NCBI GenBank assembly: GCA_963692915.1 | Contig: OY843584.1 | Coordinates: 672,001-736,000 of the forward strand | Origin: Cenarchaeum sp. | Lineage (GTDB): Archaea > Thermoproteota > Nitrososphaeria > Nitrososphaerales > Nitrosopumilaceae | DNA length: 64,000 bases | Direction of reading: 5' to 3' | Shown: positions 49,517 through 58,445 of the stretch, piece after piece | How the letters are laid out: the number at the start of each line of letters is the position of its first letter | How positions within the stretch are numbered: the stretch's first letter is position 1 | Made by a program: the position numbers and the translations under genes | The notes under the pieces: model-generated | The model's input: only the letters and a program-made list of their open reading frames with translations | Databases searched by the model: none | Told to the model about the DNA's origin: nothing

Positions 49517-49870
49517 AAAGATGCCATTATTGCCGTATGCATATCTGACCACAGCAACTGGCATCACGTGCCCAGGCAAGACAACGCATTACGGGCAAGC
49601 CGAATAGCTCGCCAAACGACTCTACCCAGAGCCCACGTCGTTCGCACCCGGCACCGCGTCGGCCATGCCCTGCCGTCCCATCATCATGCCCACGCACGAG
49701 TTCAGCATAACCCGTCATTCTGGCCAGGTGAGCACCTCGTTGAGTCACTTGCCACAGTTTCCGCCAAGGCGGCAGGAAGCGCGCCCAGGGGGTCGCTGAA
49801 AGATCCGGATACCGCATCTCACGTCCACGGGGCAGAACGACATAAATCAGACGGGATTTGGCGCCCCCGC

Positions 49871-51001
49871 ATGAAGGTCACAGTGTCTGCCATAAAGGCC
49901 GACGTTGGCGGGATCGGAGGCCACACCAGGCCGAGTGATGCGCTCCTCGAGGCGGTTCGCAAGACTGTCGCCGCATCAGACATTCTCCTTGACAGCTATA
50001 TCGGGTACTGTGGAGATGACGTCCACATTGTGATGGCCCACACGCGCGGCACCGACGACACTGACGTGCACGGCCTGGCATGGCGCGCCTTTGAGGCCGG
50101 AACCGAGGTCGCAAGGCGCGAGGGACTCTATGGCGCCGGCCAGGACCTGCTAAAGGACTCGTTCTCTGGAAATGTAAAGGGCATGGGGCCCGGAGCCGCC
50201 GAGATCGAGTTCGAGGAGAGGCCAAATGAGGCATTTGTCGTCTTTGCGGCCGACAAGACCGAGCCCGGCGCGTTCAACTATCCGCTCTATCGCCTCTTTG
50301 CGGACAGCCTCAGCAACACCGGCCTCATCGTCAACAAGTCACTCGCATCAGGCGTTGTCATGGACATCATGGACGTCGAGGAGGGCATGGTGGCCAGCCT
50401 CAGCCTCTGGGAGGACAAGCCGGCCATAGAGGCCGCACTAATGTATCCCGGCAGGTACGTCATCGAGTCTGTTCGCACGCGCGAGGGCGAGCCCATACTC
50501 TCCGCATCAACTGACAGGCTGCACAACATAGCCGGCACGTACGTCGGAAAGGACGATCCCATATGCCTCGTGCGCACGCAAAAGCTCTTTCCGGCAACAG
50601 AGGAGGCCGGCAGCGTCTTTAACAACCCCCACTATGTTGCCGGAAACACTCGCGGCAGCCACAACATGCCGCTCATGCCCGTAAAGCTAAACACGGCGGC
50701 TAGCATCAACTTTTGCATACCCATAGTGTCATCACTCGTGTTTAGCATGCACGATGGCAAGTTCACCGGCCCGTTTGACGGCTTTTCAACGCCGGACTGG
50801 GATTACATTCGCAACATCGCAGTCAGGAAGGCCATGGCTATGCGCAGCCAGGGCTTTATCCATCCGGCCACGCTCGTGCCCTCGGAGCTAGAGTACGCCG
50901 AGGGGTACAAGGCCATAATGGATCGCGTGCGGTCCAGGATGCGCCCCGTTGAGGGCGGCGATGGCGGGGCTAGCAAGGGAACCTATGAGGATCCCGACTA
51001 G
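49871..51001 (+). CDS. fbp: bifunctional fructose-1,6-bisphosphate aldolase/phosphatase (class V)
   Basis: 'IKADVGG', 'GDD', 'GLYGAGQDLLKDSFSGNVKGMGP', 'DKTEPGAFN', 'YVGKDDP'. Confidence 0.96.
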   Translation: MKVTVSAIKADVGGIGGHTRPSDALLEAVRKTVAASDILLDSYIGYCGDDVHIVMAHTRGTDDTDVHGLAWRAFEAGTEVARREGLYGAGQDLLKDSFSGNVKGMGPGAAEIEFEERPNEAFVVFAADKTEPGAFNYPLYRLFADSLSNTGLIVNKSLASGVVMDIMDVEEGMVASLSLWEDKPAIEAALMYPGRYVIESVRTREGEPILSASTDRLHNIAGTYVGKDDPICLVRTQKLFPATEEAGSVFNNPHYVAGNTRGSHNMPLMPVKLNTAASINFCIPIVSSLVFSMHDGKFTGPFDGFSTPDWDYIRNIAVRKAMAMRSQGFIHPATLVPSELEYAEGYKAIMDRVRSRMRPVEGGDGGASKGTYEDPD

Positions 51002-51024
51002 TGCCCTGATCGCAGGCGCAGCCC

Positions 51025-51471
51025 ATGGACAAAATGTCGGCAAGGCTTAAAAACAAACTGTCCCATCGTCTTACCATGAGGGGTCTGGGTGTCGCGACGG
51101 TCATCATCTCCGTGCTAGGCGTAGTGGCCTTTGCGCAAACGCTCGTCACGCTCTTTGGAAAGGACATACCCGGCGTGATGATATCCTTCTTCAAGGGAGC
51201 CGAGGAGTTTGTCATGCTCGGCGTCATCTTTGTCTTTGTCCTTGCATGGATGAGGAAGGCACAGCCGCGCCGGCGCAGCGGGCCGTACTCGATAGTCGCC
51301 TTTGACGTCTTTGGCCGCGAGACGCGCGTAGACGGGATTCGCACGTCATTTAGGAGCCGCGATGTCGCGCTAAGCTTTGCGAGGCAGTACAGGCACATGC
51401 ACCCCATGCACAACTTTGCCGTCCTGACGGACGCCAGTGAGGCACGGCGCACGATAATACGCTACGTCTAG
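51025..51471 (+). CDS. hypothetical membrane protein
   Basis: Two TM helices followed by a soluble C-terminal domain. Confidence 0.7.
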   Translation: MDKMSARLKNKLSHRLTMRGLGVATVIISVLGVVAFAQTLVTLFGKDIPGVMISFFKGAEEFVMLGVIFVFVLAWMRKAQPRRRSGPYSIVAFDVFGRETRVDGIRTSFRSRDVALSFARQYRHMHPMHNFAVLTDASEARRTIIRYV

Positions 51472-51529
51472 GGCGCGCGTGGCACTGGGCAGCTAATTTT
51501 TAACCCAAGGGGTCACGCCGCGCCCTGCA

Positions 51530-53299
51530 ATGGAGTTCTCTGTCCTGTCTGACGCCTTTGGCCGCATGGAAAAGACGTCAAAGCGCACAGAGCTCACCGA
51601 GATACTCGTTGGCCTCCTCAAGTCCACGCCGACAGACACTGTTGCCAATGTCGTGTACATGCTGCAGGGAATGCTGCGGCCAGGATTTGACGGCATAGAG
51701 CTCGGCATTGCCGAAAAGTCGGCCATACGCGCCATAGCAAAGTCATCTGGCGCATCGGCCAACGAGGTCGAGCGCGCATACAAGAAAAAGGGCGACCTCG
51801 GCGTTGCCGCATCCGAGATACTCCAAAAAAAGACCCAGTCGACTCTAGCTGCGGCTGACATTACCGTTGAGCGCGTGTACGACACGCTAATGAAGATAGC
51901 AATGTCCGAGGGGGCGCGCTCGCAGGATCTCAAGGTCAGGTATGTCTCGAGCCTGCTCAATGACGCAAATGCGACGGAGGCCAAGTTTATCCTAAAGCTC
52001 CTTTTGGGGACTCTCAGGCTCGGAGTCGCCGGAAACACGATAATGGACGCACTAGCCATAGCGCACACGGGCTCAAAGGACGCGCGTGCCGAGATCGAGG
52101 CGGCATACAACGTGTCAAGTGACCTCGGTGCCGTGGCCGAGGCCGTTGCGCTCTCTGGCATTGATGGCATCAGGGCATTTGAGATCATGGTCCACCGACC
52201 CGTGCGCCCAATGCTCGCCGAGCGCGCAAGGAGCGAGGCCGAGGCGATAAAAAAGATGGGTGAGGAGTGCAGTGCCGAGTACAAGCTAGACGGCGAGCGC
52301 GCGCAGATACACATTGGCGAGGGGCGCGTGAGGGTCTTTTCGCGCAGCAACGAGGAGGTGACTAGGTTCTATCCGGACATTGTAGAGAGGATACCTGACG
52401 TCGTTGGCGCAAGTGAGGCCATACTAGAGGGCGAGGCAGTAGCGATGAACGCTGATCGCACGGAGTTTCTGCCGTTTCAGGAGCTCATGCACAGGCGCAA
52501 AAAGCATGGCGTTGACAGGGCAGTTCTAAAGTATCCAATAAGCGTCAACTTTTTTGATGTCCTGTATGTTGACGGTCAGGGAGTCCTAGACGAGCCGTAT
52601 TCAGAGAGGCGCGCGCGCCTCGAGGGAATCATAAAGCCCGATGATGGCGGGTTTGCGCGGTGCATACCGCGCGAGGTCGTGCGCACCGAGGCGGCGATCG
52701 CAGACTTTGTCGAGGAGAGCATTGCGGCAGGCTGCGAGGGAATAATGCTAAAGAGCCATGACTCACCGTACAAGGCCGGCTCGCGCGGCAGCCACTGGCT
52801 AAAGCTAAAGCGCGAGTACCGAAACGAGCTGGGCGACAGCCTGGACCTTGTCGTCATTGGCGGCTTTTTCGGGAGGGGCAGGCGGACCGGCTCGTACGGC
52901 ACGCTCCTCCTTGCGACATATGATGCCGACAGGGACGTGTTCTCGAGCATATGCAAGGTGGGCACGGGGTTTACTGACGAGGATCTTGACAGGCTGTACC
53001 AGATGCTCTCCCCGCGCGTGACGCTGAGGCGCGATGCGCGAGTCGAGAGCGGCCTGGAGCCTGACGTCTGGTTTGCCCCCGAGGTCGTCATAGAGGTAGT
53101 CGCCTCGGAGATCACGCTCAGCCCGACACACCTGTCGGCCATGGACGCAGTCAAGAAGGGCCATGGCATGGCCCTGCGGTTCCCAAAGTTCACTGGTCGC
53201 ATCCGCGAGGAAAAGTCCGCTGAGGACGCATCTAGCGGCGAGGAGGTCATCACGCTATATCGCGGTCAGGTAAAGTCCGCAGTCCAGGGCGGCGACTAG
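51530..53299 (+). CDS. lig: ATP-dependent DNA ligase
   Basis: 'EYKLDGERAQIH', 'EGE', 'EGIMLK', 'WLKLK', 'ALRFPKF'; TTTTTAA at 51497-51503. Confidence 0.97.
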   Translation: MEFSVLSDAFGRMEKTSKRTELTEILVGLLKSTPTDTVANVVYMLQGMLRPGFDGIELGIAEKSAIRAIAKSSGASANEVERAYKKKGDLGVAASEILQKKTQSTLAAADITVERVYDTLMKIAMSEGARSQDLKVRYVSSLLNDANATEAKFILKLLLGTLRLGVAGNTIMDALAIAHTGSKDARAEIEAAYNVSSDLGAVAEAVALSGIDGIRAFEIMVHRPVRPMLAERARSEAEAIKKMGEECSAEYKLDGERAQIHIGEGRVRVFSRSNEEVTRFYPDIVERIPDVVGASEAILEGEAVAMNADRTEFLPFQELMHRRKKHGVDRAVLKYPISVNFFDVLYVDGQGVLDEPYSERRARLEGIIKPDDGGFARCIPREVVRTEAAIADFVEESIAAGCEGIMLKSHDSPYKAGSRGSHWLKLKREYRNELGDSLDLVVIGGFFGRGRRTGSYGTLLLATYDADRDVFSSICKVGTGFTDEDLDRLYQMLSPRVTLRRDARVESGLEPDVWFAPEVVIEVVASEITLSPTHLSAMDAVKKGHGMALRFPKFTGRIREEKSAEDASSGEEVITLYRGQVKSAVQGGD

Positions 53300-53552
53300 A
53301 GCGCGCAACAGGCAGCACACCACAACGCGCAAGGACGGCACGCGGCAGTCCACAACTTGCCGGTGTGACAGTCATCACGCAGCAACATGCAGAGGGAACA
53401 GCACGGTGCTACCACAAGCGCAACGCATTCCCACACATTCACGCAACACGAAGGAGGAACGTGTGCGCAGGGTTCAGGAAGTGGCAAGGACTGTTTTGGA
53501 TCACACGAGGCATAGTGGACTATAACACATTCCGCAATCTTTTCTTGAAACA

Positions 53553-53921
53553 CTAGGTGGAACTCTCAAGATCATGCAATTTGCTTCGTAGTAATTTTAG
53601 CATATTCGGATCATCCTTATTCATAGCACGGTATAGATCATAGAGGTCGGGTTGGTGTTTTTCCAGATAACGAATGTTGCCAGAAGTCAATAGTCCCACA
53701 TATACATCATTAATTACCATGACATGGTTTGAGAGACCACGAGACCGCATCGTCACTATGAGTCGATGGTTTTCTCGCAATTCATTACACAGTATTCTAG
53801 TCAGACTTTGACGCATATCGCGCGTGTCCCAGTGTTTGCGGGCGAAATAGGCAACTGTGCCAAATACAACAGCCACAAAAATAGGATCGTTTAAAATTCC
53901 CCAAAGGTATTCTAGAATCAT
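53553..53921 (-). CDS. hypothetical single-TM membrane-anchored protein (island gene 3)
   Basis: TM 'PIFVAVVFGTVAYFA' followed by a helical domain; AT-rich. Confidence 0.7.
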   Translation of the reverse strand: MILEYLWGILNDPIFVAVVFGTVAYFARKHWDTRDMRQSLTRILCNELRENHRLIVTMRSRGLSNHVMVINDVYVGLLTSGNIRYLEKHQPDLYDLYRAMNKDDPNMLKLLRSKLHDLESST

Positions 53922-53926
53922 AATGA

Positions 53927-54214
53927 TCACCAATACTGTTCAATAATTTGGGCTATGAGCTTGTCTTTGCTTTCTTCTGACAATAGCTGAACTATCCTTT
54001 TGGGATTTTGTGCAAAAGCAGGACGTTCGTTGAGATCTAGTCTGATGTCCGAGTCAGCCAGATCACGCAATGTAACGGCAAGAGATATGTCTGCATAATG
54101 TCCATAACCAGAAAATTTGTCTTTCATGTTGCTCGGATTGGCAACGCGAGCAGACAGTGAAATGTCGACTTTGTTTGTGTCATAGCCGCTAGCAAGATTT
54201 GCGTCTTTGGCCAT
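53927..54214 (-). CDS. hypothetical protein (island gene 2)
   Basis: ATG 54214 lies 1 nt after the upstream stop; AT-rich; no recognised motif. Confidence 0.65.
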   Translation of the reverse strand: MAKDANLASGYDTNKVDISLSARVANPSNMKDKFSGYGHYADISLAVTLRDLADSDIRLDLNERPAFAQNPKRIVQLLSEESKDKLIAQIIEQYW

Positions 54215-54215
54215 A

Positions 54216-54728
54216 CTAGCACCTGTCATCAGGAATCAACCCCTCTTTGCAAAGTGCTTTCCACATGGACTGGCACGTATCTTTGTTCACATCTTGTCCT
54301 TGCATTTTTTTCAGCACACGATCAAATATGGCCTGTTTAGACATTTTAGTGGTAATCACAAGCAAGTGTAATGACGAGGCGACTTCCAAACGAACAAGAT
54401 CAGTTGGCCCGTCCATGATGGAACCGATGAATTGGATGCAACGATCCAGCTTTTTTTGTTTGAGAGGGTCTACGAGTCTCACCTTTACACCATCTGGAAT
54501 TTCCCCATGAATCTCGGTCAGCTCGAATCCCGCCCTGGCCAGATTGGTGCAGTATGGCCCACGAAAGTACCAGGAAAACCCATATCCAAGATACACGTCA
54601 AAAGCCTCGATCATGTAGACCAGCTTTTGTAGGCGAAGTCTGTCTTCAAAGGTGTCCATCTTAAAGTCCGAGTGCGGTATGAGCTTTAAGATGTATCCCA
54701 GGACTGGGACGTTTGGCTCGACGATCAT
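54216..54728 (-). CDS. YwgA/DUF4065(Panacea/SocA)-like putative antitoxin (island gene 1)
   Basis: 'RLRLQKLVYM...LGYGFSWYFRGPYCTNLA' and 'LEVASSLH'. Confidence 0.72.
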   Translation of the reverse strand: MIVEPNVPVLGYILKLIPHSDFKMDTFEDRLRLQKLVYMIEAFDVYLGYGFSWYFRGPYCTNLARAGFELTEIHGEIPDGVKVRLVDPLKQKKLDRCIQFIGSIMDGPTDLVRLEVASSLHLLVITTKMSKQAIFDRVLKKMQGQDVNKDTCQSMWKALCKEGLIPDDRC

Positions 54729-55250
54729 GCGCAGCCTCCCCTAGCGGTTGATGTGCCATGCGCACTATGGCATAGATTATGAATACTCGGCACTCCCATT
54801 ACAGGGTCACAGGGCGGGTGCTGGGATTTAAGCGTTAAGCGGATTCCCGAGAACTGCAGGCGCTCCGCCTAGACTATACCGTCAGGTCACGCACGGCAGA
54901 TGCCATAAAGGCCGTGAAGCTGCCAGGGCACGCACACGGCACAGATGAGGGCAAGCTGGCACCACGGCATGAAGGCACTCAAGGTCCCACACACAGCCTG
55001 TCTAGGCCCCGGACAGACCAATGACCCTGTGGTCCCCAGAACAGACGCATGATGAAGTCACGGTGGGCAGGGTCCCAACTGCTGCCAAGGACTCGCGAAA
55101 ACCACGGCTTTCCCACGGACGCCACACCCCAAGAGCCCACAGGAGCGCCGGCATGATTCACCCTGGCTGCCGATGACACCACGGGCGCTTGAGGGGCACC
55201 CCACCCGTCCGGCAAGGATTTAATTAGCCTCTCCTGCGCGCGTGCGCACG

Positions 55251-55904
55251 TTGTATAGTGGCGAGCTTGAGGTTCAGGCAAAGCGAAAGGCTGTCGCCGT
55301 CCTGCAGGACGAGATAAACCGCATCCTCAACGCCGCACGCGAGCTTGCCGACATGCCCAAGATGATGGCAAAAAAGGACAAGGCGGGCGTAAAGTCGGCC
55401 ATAGAGCAGATATCGGGGATCGAGGAGGAGGTCGAGACGCTGCGCCGCAAGATAACCCGCGAGGTCGCCGATGTGGGCGGCCTCATAATGAACCGCGAGA
55501 ACCTCCTCAACACCGCATACACGATGGACGAGATAGCCGGATATATCACGGGCATCGCATTCAAGCTCTCAAACATAAAGCCGGCAACGCTAAAGGTCGC
55601 AGGCCTAGGAGACGACATCACAAAGCTGATCGAGCTCGTAGTCGACGAGATATACAAGCTCAACGAGGTCATTCGCAGCCTCAGCACAAACACGGCAAAT
55701 GCCATAGAGCACGCGCAGGAGGCCCAGGCCATAGAGCGCGAGATCGACAAAATGTACCGCAACCTGACGATAAAGACGCTTGACGAGATCTCCAACACAA
55801 AGGAGATGCTCCTCATGAAGGACGTCATCGAGGGCATTGAAGAGATGGCCGACAAGTGCCAGCATGTCTCTGACTCGTTCATACTCTTGGCGCTGAGCCT
55901 CTAG
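55251..55904 (+). CDS. DUF47 (PhoU-like) phosphate transport regulator
   Basis: Two helical repeats 'IEEEVETLRR' and 'IEREIDKMYR...IEEMADKC'; TTG start after TTTAATTA. Confidence 0.85.
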   Translation: MYSGELEVQAKRKAVAVLQDEINRILNAARELADMPKMMAKKDKAGVKSAIEQISGIEEEVETLRRKITREVADVGGLIMNRENLLNTAYTMDEIAGYITGIAFKLSNIKPATLKVAGLGDDITKLIELVVDEIYKLNEVIRSLSTNTANAIEHAQEAQAIEREIDKMYRNLTIKTLDEISNTKEMLLMKDVIEGIEEMADKCQHVSDSFILLALSL

Positions 55905-55905
55905 C

Positions 55906-56442
55906 ATGAGGGCAGAGCTCGTAGACGGCAGGGTTGTCGTGTGGAATCCCGATGATGCAGCCCGCCTCTTTGAGTCCGGCTATTACGGAAAGCCAATAGG
56001 AATTCCAAAGCCAAAGCCCGGCGAGATCAACGTTCCGCTAATACTCGACCTCTTTGAGGCGCGCTATCTCGAGGAGCGCGGACTGATAGCAGTGTACGAG
56101 GGCGCGCGGCGCGTCTCGCGCAAGTCCCTCCTCGGGGCGTGCAGGGACAACCATGCCGGATTTGACACAAAGTATGCAGTCTATACCGACTTTAGGGACA
56201 AGGGATACATTGTTACGACTGGCATAAAGTTTGGGTGTGACTTTGCAGTCTATGAGCGCGGGCCGGGAATAGACCATGCGCCATACCTTGTCCAGGCCCA
56301 TGCGCGCGGTGATGCCATAACGGCGACTGGAACGGTCCTCGCGGGCCGGCTTGCGACGACTGTGCGAAAGCAGTTCATACTGGCAATGCCGGACAGGCGC
56401 GGCGGTGTTGCGCTAGTTGCGCTTGACTGGTGGAAGGCCTAG
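55906..56442 (+). CDS. endA: tRNA-splicing endonuclease catalytic subunit
   Basis: 'GIKFGCDFAVYERGPGIDHAPY', 'RLATTVRK'. Confidence 0.93.
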   Translation: MRAELVDGRVVVWNPDDAARLFESGYYGKPIGIPKPKPGEINVPLILDLFEARYLEERGLIAVYEGARRVSRKSLLGACRDNHAGFDTKYAVYTDFRDKGYIVTTGIKFGCDFAVYERGPGIDHAPYLVQAHARGDAITATGTVLAGRLATTVRKQFILAMPDRRGGVALVALDWWKA

Positions 56443-56828
56443 GCTGCCTTTACGTGGCCCGCGATGCGGTCATAGACGTCAAACTCCTCGCGCGTCACGC
56501 CAAACTCGTGCGATGCCCTCCACGCGCCATGAATCCGGACTCCCGAGTCAGTCGGCTCGACGAATATGTCTGCCCCGCTGGTGCCCCTCCTTGCGATCAT
56601 CTCGTTGAGCTCGCCGTCGGCGTTTAGCGTGTCAGCAAGCGCTCCGGCCCCTGACCACCTGACCCCCGTGATGCGCCTTGAGCCACAGTGGCCCTCAGTG
56701 GAGACGACTGTGCGCGCCGCGAGCGTGTGCGAGTCAGGCCCGTCATCACGCCTCACGACATAGTGGGCCTGAAACCTGTCCATTGCGCCCCACGGCATTA
56801 CGCTTGGATCTTGTCCCATCATCATCAC
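56439..56828 (-). CDS. hypothetical protein
   Basis: 129-aa ORF; GTGA overlap with the upstream small ORF. Confidence 0.7.
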   Translation of the reverse strand: MMMMGQDPSVMPWGAMDRFQAHYVVRRDDGPDSHTLAARTVVSTEGHCGSRRITGVRWSGAGALADTLNADGELNEMIARRGTSGADIFVEPTDSGVRIHGAWRASHEFGVTREEFDVYDRIAGHVKAA

Positions 56829-57061
56829 CCTTTTTGCACGATATGAACCGCGTCAATGTTTGTTCCCGAGACCTCGAGGCTTCCCCTGTTGGTCACCATT
56901 CGCGGCGTGCCAGAAAAGACACGCGAGTAATAGTCACCGCCCTCGACGTCTCCGGAGGCCAGGTCGTTTGGCGTCGACTCGACACCAATGCCGGCCAGCT
57001 TGGAGCAAAACTCCTCTGGGCGCGTCATGCGCACAAACGTGTCAGGCTCGTCGTCATGCAC
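56825..57061 (-). CDS. hypothetical protein
   Basis: '(V/M)HDDEPDTF...NIDAVHIVQKG'; AT-rich tract (TGTTTATTT on the minus strand) about 24 nt upstream. Confidence 0.65.
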   Translation of the reverse strand: MHDDEPDTFVRMTRPEEFCSKLAGIGVESTPNDLASGDVEGGDYYSRVFSGTPRMVTNRGSLEVSGTNIDAVHIVQKG

Positions 57062-57336
57062 GCGCGCACGTGCCCAACCCCCCACAAATAAACATTGACG
57101 ACCCTTCAGGCTCGGGATCGCACGCGCGCCCAAGCCCGCCACAGGGCACTCGCCTGCAGGCACGCATTACCTGGGATGCCCCAGTCGGCGCCCCCGTGGG
57201 TGACCCCGCCCCATGCGGGCTCCCCCCAGGCCGCCGACGCTGGGGGTGCTGCGGGCCAGACCCCCCAGTGCCCCCACCGGCTCCCCTGGAGCCATTTCCC
57301 CCTAGGGCGCACATAGGCGTGATTTGTGAGAAGTGC

Positions 57337-57344
57337 TTTTATAA
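57337..57344 (+). promoter_or_regulatory. TATA box (TTTTATAA) of tbp, probably leaderless transcript
   Basis: Purine-rich BRE-like sequence upstream; 22 nt to ATG 57367. Confidence 0.7.
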
Positions 57345-57366
57345 TAGTGTCGGGGGGTTGGCTCTC

Positions 57367-57924
57367 ATGCCGCAGTCAAAGCCAGTGGTAAGCATAGAGA
57401 ACGTCGTGGCCTCAGCCTCTGTCGACCAAAAGATGGACCTCAACGAGATCACAAAACGCTTCCCTGACGTAGAGTACCATCCTGACCAGTTCCCCGGCCT
57501 CGTCTTTAGGCTCACGAGCCCAAAGACGGCGACGCTCATATTCACGTCAGGCAAGATGGTCTGCACCGGCTCCAAATCCGAAGAGATGGCCCGCAAGGCC
57601 GTAAAGACCGTCGTGCAGCAGCTCAGGGCAGGCGGAATTCCAGTTAAAAAGGAGGCAGTCGTCGAGATTCAGAATATAGTCGCGTCGATAAACCTCGGCG
57701 GCAAGATACACCTAGAGGAGGCCGCAAGAACGCTGCCTCGCAGCATGTACGAGCCAGAGCAGTTCCCCGGCCTCATACACCGCATGCTCGACCCAAAGAC
57801 TGTCATACTGCTCTTCTCCTCGGGCAAGCTAGTCTGCACGGGCGCAAAAAAGGAGCCAGACGTGAACAGGGCCGTGAACAACCTGCACGCGCTCCTAGAG
57901 GAAAAGAACCTCATGATATACTGA
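57367..57924 (+). CDS. tbp: TATA-box-binding protein
   Basis: Two repeats 'IENVVAS...PDQFPGL...LIFTSGKMVCTG' and 'IQNIVAS...PEQFPGL...LLFSSGKLVCTG'. Confidence 0.98.
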   Translation: MPQSKPVVSIENVVASASVDQKMDLNEITKRFPDVEYHPDQFPGLVFRLTSPKTATLIFTSGKMVCTGSKSEEMARKAVKTVVQQLRAGGIPVKKEAVVEIQNIVASINLGGKIHLEEAARTLPRSMYEPEQFPGLIHRMLDPKTVILLFSSGKLVCTGAKKEPDVNRAVNNLHALLEEKNLMIY

Positions 57925-58022
57925 GTATATAATCTCGTTTTAAATACCAGATATTCCAGGCGTGACGAGTATATAACGGGCACGCAAACCATATTTAACG
58001 CGTTGAGCACACGTAGCCTGCG

Positions 58023-58445
58023 ATGACAAAGATACACTGCGAGTCGGTGATCAATGCCCCGGCCGATGCCGTGTGGGAGATAATATCGGACATAGACTCC
58101 GAGCCTGACCACTGGAAGGGCACAAAGTCGATTAAAAACGTCTCAAGGGAGGGCAACGTGACGACAAGGGAGGTCACGCTTGCCTTTCGCGACAAGGTGT
58201 GCGGCCAGCGTGTCACGCTCGAGCCGCGCAGCACCGTCAGGGCAGAGTTCACCAGCGGGATCGTCAGCGGGACAAAGGTCGTGCATGTGCGCGCCGACGG
58301 CGAGTCGCGCGCAGTCATCGAGGCCACGTGGGACATCGGAATACGCGGCATGATGGCAATGTTTGCGCCAATGCTCGCATCACACGTGAAATCTGGAACT
58401 GAAAAGGCACTAGAGTCCATAAGGCTTGCAGCCGAGTCACGATGA
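58023..58445 (+). CDS. SRPBCC/START (polyketide cyclase-like) family protein
   Basis: 'INAPADAVWEIISD'; C-terminal helix. Confidence 0.85.
   Translation: MTKIHCESVINAPADAVWEIISDIDSEPDHWKGTKSIKNVSREGNVTTREVTLAFRDKVCGQRVTLEPRSTVRAEFTSGIVSGTKVVHVRADGESRAVIEATWDIGIRGMMAMFAPMLASHVKSGTEKALESIRLAAESR

Noticed and set aside
49568-49870. 101-aa N-terminal extension of FBP aldolase/phosphatase
   Set aside because: Non-protein-like; the family N-terminus starts at ATG 49871 after a TATA-like box.
53365-53556. 63-aa plus-strand ORF convergent with the three-gene island
   Set aside because: No motif or clear promoter; at most a remnant.
56860-57366. Apparent long N-terminal extension on TBP (354-aa ORF)
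   Set aside because: Pro/Arg-rich read-through of a spacer that overlaps another gene; the TATA box at 57337 supports a start at 57367.
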